Below, in pieces: positions 26,833-32,000 of a stretch of DNA of 32,000 nucleotides; the stretch's first letter is position 1, and each line of letters starts with the position of its first letter. Under the pieces are notes generated by a model, which was not told the DNA's origin, searched no databases, and worked only from the letters and a program-made list of their open reading frames with translations. Both the position numbers and the translations under genes were made by a program. Origin of the DNA: Pseudomonas aeruginosa (lineage in GTDB: Bacteria; Pseudomonadota; Gammaproteobacteria; Pseudomonadales; Pseudomonadaceae); contig NZ_LN831024.1 of NCBI RefSeq assembly GCF_001457615.1, positions 4,200,001 through 4,232,000 on the forward strand, in the 5' to 3' direction.

Positions 26833-26928
26833 GCACTATGTTGGTCTATAGAGGACTATGGTCTTGGACTATGTCCATTGACTATGTGCAAACAATAGCT
26901 CTTGGACTATGTCATGTACATAGTCCAA
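26833..26928. promoter_or_regulatory. lysis/lysogeny-type switch region with five ACTATG operator repeats
   Basis: cactatgt 26834-26841. ggactatg 26853-26860. ttggactatgt 26864-26874. ttgactatgt 26878-26887. Perfect palindrome ttggactatgt-catgt-acatagtccaa 26902-26928. Lies between the divergent xis and repressor genes. Confidence 0.7.
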
Positions 26929-26949
26929 ATAATGATTAATACCTATTAA

Positions 26950-27216
26950 ATGAGCATTACAGATAGAGCTTTGCTATTGATTGGCCGTAGTAACCTAAGC
27001 GCCCTGACCAGAGCAGGCGCGACGGACTACAACCGATGGGTAAGCATCAAGCGAGGGAAGGCCAGAGTGGGCGCGGACGAGATTGAAATCCTCGGCAGTG
27101 TCTACCCTGCATATCGATGGTGGCTTACCACAGGCGAAGTCATGCCGGAGATTGGGCAAACAAGCCCTGACTACGACGAAGCCAACCGAAACTTGACCAG
27201 TCAAAGCGCGGGATAG
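26950..27216 (+). CDS. Pf immunity repressor (repressor C / Pf4r-Pf5r-like position)
   Basis: 88 aa, divergent from xis across the operator region. Assignment is by synteny. Sequence family not verified. Confidence 0.55.
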   Translation: MSITDRALLLIGRSNLSALTRAGATDYNRWVSIKRGKARVGADEIEILGSVYPAYRWWLTTGEVMPEIGQTSPDYDEANRNLTSQSAG

Positions 27217-27310
27217 CGATCACACAGGAAGTGGCTAGGCGTTGGTATGCCCGAGAAAGGCGGGATTGTTGAAGGATTGGCGTGAAGCCAACTATCAGGA
27301 AAGGGAACCC

Positions 27311-27724
27311 ATGCAGGTTGATACAGATGAAATTCGTGCCCCTTGGGCACCCCGCGTTCACGCAATTGGGCGCTTCGAATGGCTAGCCATAATCACTATT
27401 GGCGTGACCCTCGGTGGCTTACTAAAGGATGGGATAGAACTCGCAATCGCCAAAGCTGTAGCGGAGCGATATCTCTATGAGGCTGGCCAGGAGATGAAAC
27501 GCTCTAGCGAACGAATGCGACAAGATGCCGAAGCCATCAGACAACGCACAGCCCAACATAGAAACGAGTCTGAAAAAAAACGTCTTCAAGAACAAGCCGA
27601 AAATGAACGTCTGAATAGACTAAATAGCCCCGCGTGCAAGTTCTGGACAGAGCAGAATAATCGAAGTCCAACCCAGAAAACTAGAGATGGAGTCAGCCGA
27701 AGCTGTCCACAGTCTGAAATTTAA
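27311..27724 (+). CDS. membrane-anchored coiled-coil protein (137 aa), lysogeny-side cargo
   Basis: ATG at 27311 with a GGAAAGGGAA SD. One TM (FEWLAIITIGVTLGGLL), then a charged helical region (EMKRSSERMRQDAEAIRQRTAQHRNESEKKRLQEQAENERLNRL). Two C-terminal Cys. AT-richer than the Pf core. Confidence 0.55.
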   Translation: MQVDTDEIRAPWAPRVHAIGRFEWLAIITIGVTLGGLLKDGIELAIAKAVAERYLYEAGQEMKRSSERMRQDAEAIRQRTAQHRNESEKKRLQEQAENERLNRLNSPACKFWTEQNNRSPTQKTRDGVSRSCPQSEI

Positions 27725-27778
27725 ACTTATATAAGCCAGGCTTTTAAACTAATCTTTATCAAGCTACATAGAAGACTC

Positions 27779-28768
27779 TTAATCTCTAGCTTCCTTCTGC
27801 GCAAATGCAGCCCACTTACTAAAACGATTGCCATCAATAGTAGCAGCCTCAGCTATTGTTCCTGCAAGTTTTCTTTTAAGCTCATTTTTTGTGTAGCCGT
27901 AGTCAGGACTCTTTCCATCGAGAGCATCAGAAATTCGCCGAGCCGCCATGAGTCGAGCAAACGGGACGACAAGCTCACCGTTTAGTTTAACTACCCCGGT
28001 AATATGCGCAGGAGCGCCAAATCTAAAAACCTTTGTTTTTTCTATCGCCAGTTTGTAGCCATACCTGCTTACAATTATCTTTAGCTTAGACTTAAGCTCG
28101 CGAGGTATTCGGTCACCAGAGAAAGTTAAATCATCTATATAGCAGGTGAATTTTAGATCATATGTTTCTGCAAGCGCCGCGCACTCATCAAACATACCCT
28201 TGGCAACCCAAAAGGATAACAACGGGCTAAGCAAACTGCCTGTAGGCATAACTCCATCGCAGGTAACTAGGCGTGCTAATTTTCCTGCAATATCTGTTGG
28301 GCATTTCAATGCCCCTAAAAAAAACTCGTGAACCAAATGATATTTAGTGGACTCATAAAACTTACTTATATCGAAGGTTGCTGTCTGCCTTGATCTGGCA
28401 TGAAACGCAGCATTTGTTTGATAAGATCGCCCTTTTACTGCGCCTTGCACATAGTCCGGATATTTTACACGACGAAGAAAAGAAAAGATCTTAGCATGGA
28501 CCCGCCGAAGCCTATTCATAGGCACTTGGACTGCGCGCTTTTTCCGGGGCTTTTTAGTGAATGGGTTCTCAGACTGGGAAATTGTGAATTTCTTATAGTT
28601 ACTTTCGGACCTTAATAGCAGTCGTAGGTCTTGCAAGCTAAGACCTAAGATTTCCGCCAGGCGTTTTTCCGATCCGATCTTGTAAAGCCTGCACTGATCT
28701 AATTCTAAACTGTTATCTGGCTTGCGCTCTACTCTTTTGCTTTTCCCTGGCTGCATTTCGCTTTTCAT
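27779..28768 (-). CDS. retron-type reverse transcriptase (stand-alone, ~325-336 aa)
   Basis: GRSYQTNAAFH (retron NAxxH), FDISKFYES (motif A), MPTGSLLSPLLS (motif B), CYIDDLTFS (YxDD), KTKVFRFGAPAHITGVV (retron VTG-like). Co-linear with Ec86 RT motifs. Start ambiguous: ATG 28768, ATG 28756 or TTG 28789. Confidence 0.8.
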   Translation of the reverse strand: MKSEMQPGKSKRVERKPDNSLELDQCRLYKIGSEKRLAEILGLSLQDLRLLLRSESNYKKFTISQSENPFTKKPRKKRAVQVPMNRLRRVHAKIFSFLRRVKYPDYVQGAVKGRSYQTNAAFHARSRQTATFDISKFYESTKYHLVHEFFLGALKCPTDIAGKLARLVTCDGVMPTGSLLSPLLSFWVAKGMFDECAALAETYDLKFTCYIDDLTFSGDRIPRELKSKLKIIVSRYGYKLAIEKTKVFRFGAPAHITGVVKLNGELVVPFARLMAARRISDALDGKSPDYGYTKNELKRKLAGTIAEAATIDGNRFSKWAAFAQKEARD

Positions 28769-29039
28769 TCCATTCAAGCAAAGAAACAATAGTTTTAGCT
28801 ATTCCAAGGCGCAACGAGTCTGTTGGTCGAGGGGAGTTAAGATTTTCAGAGAAAAAAAGAATTGAAGATAAAGGGATGTCGAAGTAATCGCTATATTTCT
28901 GCAGCAGATCTATTGAGGGCTGCTTCTTACCTGATTCAATCTCAGACAAATATGAGTTTGAAAGGCCTAACTCAGCCGACAACTCGGTCTGGGACATATC
29001 GTAATAGGAACGGATTAATTTAAGTGCTTTGCACAGCAT
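28713..29039 (-). CDS. XRE-family helix-turn-helix protein (108 aa)
   Basis: ATG at 29039 with a GAGGT SD. MSQTELSAELGLSNSYLSEIESGKKQPS is a classic Cro/C1 HTH. The 3' end overlaps the RT start by 44-77 nt in another frame. Confidence 0.8.
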   Translation of the reverse strand: MLCKALKLIRSYYDMSQTELSAELGLSNSYLSEIESGKKQPSIDLLQKYSDYFDIPLSSILFFSENLNSPRPTDSLRLGIAKTIVSLLEWNEKRNAAREKQKSRAQAR

Positions 29040-29077
29040 TTGCACACCTCATATGGATGTGGCAACAGCGGGGTAGG

Positions 29078-29245
29078 TTATTCATCAAGCCATGAAGCAA
29101 TCTTACTCCAAAACTTATCAATCAGTGGAAGCCATATCACAAGCAGCTTAACCAAGCTGAAACAAGCATTGAGTAGCTTAGATCGCTTCTTTGCCTTCTG
29201 TTTAACCAGGCACAGTTCTGCGGTTTTTTCGTCATTAGGTTGCAT
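29078..29245 (-). CDS. unannotated 55-aa basic/hydrophobic protein, first gene of RT operon (candidate membrane effector)
   Basis: AGGAG SD 7 nt before the ATG at 29245. MQPNDEKTAELCLVKQKAKKRSKLLNACFSLVKLLVIWLPLIDKFWSKIASWLDE, stop TAA at 29078. Below the 60-aa cutoff. Same strand and composition as HTH/RT. Confidence 0.5.
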   Translation of the reverse strand: MQPNDEKTAELCLVKQKAKKRSKLLNACFSLVKLLVIWLPLIDKFWSKIASWLDE

Positions 29246-29325
29246 TTAAAAGCTCCTGTAAGGGTTTGCGTTGGCTCACGGGTGTGAGCCAACCTCTCGA
29301 AGCAACCTTTACAAGCCCAATGACG
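29230..29325 (-). promoter_or_regulatory. structured 5' element enclosing SD and start codon of the 55-aa ORF
   Basis: Bipartite 14-bp helix: 29319-29325 pairs with 29230-29236, and 29302-29308 pairs with 29237-29243. It encloses a perfect 10-bp hairpin (29270-29293). Codons 2-5 of the ORF are in the helix. Confidence 0.45.
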
Positions 29326-29500
29326 GATGATTGAACTGTACTTTTCCCCCTCGCTGAAACCACCTGGCTTCGTGCTCTCGACGAAGCCTGACTAGGCCGA
29401 TCCGATGACACACGCGATACCACGCGCCACGTCGGGGCCAAAAATTAGAGACTCAAGGCCTCCACGGTGTCGAAGCACCAACAGCAATCGAGAAATCATC
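29326..29500 (-). ncRNA. candidate retron msr/msd non-coding RNA (boundaries tentative)
   Basis: 175-nt non-coding stretch between the predicted promoter and the operon. Closed by the 7-bp inverted repeat GATGATT (29494-29500 on the RNA 5' side) / AATCATC (29326-29332). Contains an 8-bp hairpin at 29366-29388. Length and a1/a2-like closure fit retron ncRNAs. Confidence 0.3.
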
Positions 29501-29512
29501 GACCGCAGACTC

Positions 29513-29541
29513 ATAGTCTCAGGATGCTTCACGAAAGTCAA
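29513..29541 (-). promoter_or_regulatory. candidate sigma-70 promoter of the RT operon
   Basis: Minus strand TTGACT (29541-29536), 17 nt, GACTAT (29518-29513). The predicted TSS near 29506 is just 5' of the GATGATT repeat. Confidence 0.35.
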
Positions 29542-29571
29542 AATAATTTTCGCTGATAGCGAAATTATTTT
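29540..29571. promoter_or_regulatory. AT-rich inverted repeat abutting the -35 (candidate HTH operator or Int/Xis/IHF arm site)
   Basis: aaaataattttcgct-gat-agcgaaattatttt: 7+7 bp arms with a single-nt bulge. Confidence 0.4.
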
Positions 29572-29583
29572 TCATGGGAGATG

Positions 29584-29612
29584 TTGGCACGTGTCGAAAA
29601 AGTGTCGAAATC
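29584..29612. repeat. right copy of 29-nt imperfect direct repeat with tandem GTGTCGAA motifs
   Basis: 25/29 identical to 18925-18953. A further GTGTCGAAG copy lies at 29467-29475. Confidence 0.6.
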
Positions 29613-29726
29613 ACTGGCTAACAATGGCCAGTAATGACCACATGATGAATCCCAACACAAGCCCCCCACCCAGCATTGCCTAGCGTTGGCCAGTTATGAC
29701 CAACACCCCAAACGGCTCTGCACTTC

Positions 29727-29736
29727 TACGCACAAA
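29727..29736. repeat. candidate attR core (TACGCACAAA)
   Basis: Identical to 18854-18863. GC-rich host-like sequence resumes immediately to the right. Confidence 0.5.
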
Positions 29737-29784
29737 GCGACGCCGACCCCAGCCCCTCCCGACGCCCGATGCTAGTCTTGCCTC

Positions 29785-30378
29785 ATGACTCCCGACCTCG
29801 ACCACCGCCTCGACCTCGCCGGGCAGATCCTCTGCCTGCTGCGCGAGCATCCCGAGGGGCTTTCCGAATACCAGTTGATCCAGCTGCTGAAGGCCCGCCA
29901 TTCGACGCATATCCCCCATCGCGAACTGGCCGACAAGCTGGTGCTGTTCCGCACCCATTTCCTCCTGTTCAACGCGCTCTACCACCTGCGCGACCACCTC
30001 TGGGCCGAGCACGAGGCGCACCTGGAGATCAGCCCGCTGAGCCTGCGCCTGCATCCTTACGTGGATGGCACGCAGGCGCTGGAACAGGGCGATCCGCTGC
30101 GCGACTACTACCTCGACCTGCGTCACCTGGGGGAGACCAGCGAGGCCGACGTCGAGCGGCTGCTGCAGAGTTTCTGGACGCGCATGCAGGGCAGCGAGGA
30201 GAAGGCTGCCGCCCTCGCCCTGTTCGAGCTGGAGGGCGCGGTCGACTATCCCGCCATCAAGCTGCGCTACCGGCAACTGGTCAGCCAGCACCATCCCGAC
30301 CGCGGCGGCAGCACTGCGCGCCTGCAATCGATCAACAAGGCAATGGAAATACTGCAACGCTATTACAGCCGGCCGTGA
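29785..30378 (+). CDS. J-domain (DnaJ-like) protein
   Basis: 197 aa. C-terminal J domain YPAIKLRYRQLVSQHHPDRGGSTARLQSINKAMEIL with the HPD motif. Confidence 0.8.
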   Translation: MTPDLDHRLDLAGQILCLLREHPEGLSEYQLIQLLKARHSTHIPHRELADKLVLFRTHFLLFNALYHLRDHLWAEHEAHLEISPLSLRLHPYVDGTQALEQGDPLRDYYLDLRHLGETSEADVERLLQSFWTRMQGSEEKAAALALFELEGAVDYPAIKLRYRQLVSQHHPDRGGSTARLQSINKAMEILQRYYSRP

Positions 30379-30550
30379 AGCTTCGATTTGCTCTAAACCC
30401 GCGAGCGACGCGGGCTCGGGCCGTTCCTATACTGCGACATAAGGTCGCATAGGTCGGCCGAGCACCGGGTGGCGCTGTCCATGCGCGCCCGGCGCTTCGC
30501 TGGGGGGCGACCACATAAGAACGAGGAGGAAACGGCATGATCCATCATGT

Positions 30551-31135
30551 ATGGGGCTCTTCACCCATCCCGATCAGGAATGGCAGGAAATCCGTGGCGA
30601 AGAAGAAAGCATCAGCCACATGTACCTGACCCACATCCTGATCCTGGCTGCCATTCCGGCGATTTCCGCCTATATCGGCACGACCCAGGTCGGCTGGGTG
30701 GTCGGCGGCGGCGATCCGGTCAAGTTGACCCAGGCCAGCGCGTTGCAGATGACGGTCCTCACCTACCTGGCGATGCTCGCCGGGGTGGCGGTGATGGGCG
30801 CGTTCATCCACTGGATGGCGCGGACCTACGACGCCAACCCGAGCCTGACCCAGTGCATCGTGTTCGCCGCCTACAACGCCACGCCGCTGTTCATCGCCGG
30901 GCTGGCGGCGCTGTATCCGCACCTCTGGCTGGGAATGATCGTCGGGGTGGCGGCGATCAGCTACACGGTCTACCTGCTCTACGTGGGGATTCCCACCTTC
31001 ATGAACATCCACAAGGACGAAGGCTTCCTGTTCTCCAGCTCGGTGCTGGCGGTGGGCCTGGTGGTGCTGGTGGCGATGATCGCCCTGTCGGTGATCCTCT
31101 GGGGCAGCGGGGTCGGCCCGGAATACACCAGCTGA
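30551..31135 (+). CDS. Yip1/DUF1282-family inner-membrane protein
   Basis: 194 aa, 5 TM segments. FTHPDQEWQEIRGEEESISHMYLTHILILAAIPAISAYIG is typical of the family. Start uncertain: a strong GAGGAGGAAA SD sits before the out-of-frame ATG at 30537. Confidence 0.65.
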   Translation: MGLFTHPDQEWQEIRGEEESISHMYLTHILILAAIPAISAYIGTTQVGWVVGGGDPVKLTQASALQMTVLTYLAMLAGVAVMGAFIHWMARTYDANPSLTQCIVFAAYNATPLFIAGLAALYPHLWLGMIVGVAAISYTVYLLYVGIPTFMNIHKDEGFLFSSSVLAVGLVVLVAMIALSVILWGSGVGPEYTS

Positions 31136-31302
31136 CGTCCAGCGAACGCATCGTACGACCGGGCCGCGGGCAACCGCCGCCCGGTTTTTTCTTGCCCGCC
31201 GCCGCGCTTGCCTGATCCTGCACCCCGGACGAGCGGTCGTCCCGACGCCTGCGCCCGCCCTCCTGTCTCCGGCATAATCGCCCGCTGCTGGAGTCTTCCC
31301 GA

Positions 31303-31800
31303 ATGCCCGAACACCTCAACGCCCGCGTCGAGGCCTGCTATCGGCAGGCCGAACACTTCTTCCAACGCAGCTTCCCCCGCCCGACCGTCAGCTTCCGCCT
31401 GCGCGGCCAGAAAGCCGGGGTCGCCCATCTCGACGAGAACCTGCTGCGCTTCAATCCCCAGCTGTACCGCGAGAACCGCGAGCACTTCCTGGAACAGACC
31501 GTGGCCCACGAAGTCGCGCACCTGATCGCGCACCAGTTGTTCGGCCCACGCATCCGCCCCCACGGCGAGGAGTGGCAGTTGATCATGCGCGGCATCTACG
31601 GCCTGCCGCCGGACCGCTGCCACACCTACGCGGTCAAGCGCCGCGTCACCACCCGCTACCTGTACCGCTGCCATTGCCCGGAGCACAACGACTTCCCGTT
31701 CTCCCCGCAACGCCACACCCTGGTGGCCAAGGGGCGCCGCTACTACTGCCGGCGCTGCAAGGCGACCCTGGTGTTCACCGGCGAAGTGCTCCGCGAGTGA
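31303..31800 (+). CDS. sprT: SprT-family zinc metalloprotease
   Basis: 165 aa. HEVAH (HExxH) plus C-terminal Zn-ribbon CHC...CRRC. Confidence 0.85.
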   Translation: MPEHLNARVEACYRQAEHFFQRSFPRPTVSFRLRGQKAGVAHLDENLLRFNPQLYRENREHFLEQTVAHEVAHLIAHQLFGPRIRPHGEEWQLIMRGIYGLPPDRCHTYAVKRRVTTRYLYRCHCPEHNDFPFSPQRHTLVAKGRRYYCRRCKATLVFTGEVLRE

Positions 31801-31801
31801 T

Positions 31802-32000
31802 TCAGGCGATGGCCCCGGCCGCCTTCAGCTCGGCGATCCGTTCGGCGGAGTAGCCCAGGCCTTCGAGCACCGCCACGGTGTCGGCGCCGAGCGCCGCGCC
31901 GATGTGGCGAGGCGCCGGCAGGCCGGCGGAAAACTTGATCGGACAGGCCATCTGCGCCTGGCTGCCGCCGTCCGCCAGCGGCACCCGGGCGACCAGCCCG
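31802..32000 (-). CDS. CoA-transferase family III (CaiB/BaiF) protein, C-terminal part (5' end beyond window)
   Basis: The frame is open to the window end. PIKFSAGLP...LGADTVAVLEGLGYSAERIAELKAAGAI matches the conserved C-terminus of the family. Confidence 0.6.
   Translation of the reverse strand, partial: GLVARVPLADGGSQAQMACPIKFSAGLPAPRHIGAALGADTVAVLEGLGYSAERIAELKAAGAIA

Larger units (their letters stand above)
18854..29736. mobile_element. integrated Pf1-like filamentous (Inoviridae) prophage, Pf4/Pf5-type gene order, with retron-like cargo
   Basis: Contiguous int, rep, zot, g6-like, coaA, coaB, pfsE, ssDNA-binding, xis and repressor genes. Flanked by a 10-bp direct repeat TACGCACAAA (18854-18863 / 29727-29736). 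Composition drops from host-like on both sides. Confidence 0.85.

Noticed and set aside
29584-29612. GTGTCGAA tandem repeats as a possible CRISPR or iteron array
   Set aside because: There are only two units per site, with an 11-nt period and no spacers. Their position at both prophage ends fits integrase binding, not CRISPR.
29040-29683. Track ORFs in the RT-operon leader: 29040..29249 + (69 aa), 29235..29441 - (68 aa), 29405..29683 + (92 aa)
   Set aside because: They have no SD and Ser/Arg-rich or low-complexity products. They overlap the better-supported 55-aa ORF or the hairpin-rich leader, and are more likely non-coding.
30523-30553. Possible frameshift at the Yip1-like gene start: a strong SD serves the ATG at 30537, which is out of frame with the 30551 ORF
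   Set aside because: This cannot be judged without homolog alignment. The 30551 ATG gives an intact family-typical protein, so it is treated as start-site uncertainty only.

Overview
High-GC chromosomal segment that reads like Pseudomonas aeruginosa. This is recognised from protein sequences only (DdaH/DdaR, TtcA, a Pf1-type coat protein); no search was run. Bases 1-18.85 kb and 29.74-32 kb are ordinary housekeeping and accessory-metabolism genes: pirins, a Kef K+ efflux protein, a BVMO-type flavin monooxygenase, OsmC, an isochorismatase-family hydrolase, LysR, two NlpC/P60 lipoproteins, CobB, DdaR-DdaH plus a permease, Tag, TtcA, a J-domain protein, a Yip1-like protein, SprT and a CoA-transferase. 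Between ttcA and the J-domain gene sits a ~10.9 kb Pf1-like filamentous (inovirus) prophage, about 18854-29736. All core genes are on the minus strand in canonical order: excisionase, three small ORFs, ssDNA-binding protein, PfsE, a small membrane ORF, CoaB, CoaA, a g6-like protein, Zot, Rep and integrase. A divergent repressor sits across an operator-rich switch region. The most interesting part is the AT-richer cargo at the repressor-proximal end (27.2-29.6 kb). It holds a minus-strand operon made of an unannotated 55-aa basic/hydrophobic ORF, an XRE-type HTH protein and a stand-alone retron-type reverse transcriptase. A ~260-nt highly structured leader precedes the operon and is a candidate msr/msd ncRNA. 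A convergent membrane-anchored coiled-coil protein lies just downstream of the repressor. I interpret this as a retron-like, probably anti-phage or abortive-infection, module carried by a chronic filamentous prophage, with an effector that is not one of the well-characterised retron effectors. Several small phage ORFs below the 60-aa track cutoff, att-site candidates and regulatory repeats are also reported. All structures were found by eye. Coordinates of motifs were hand-indexed, and family assignments are motif- and synteny-based.
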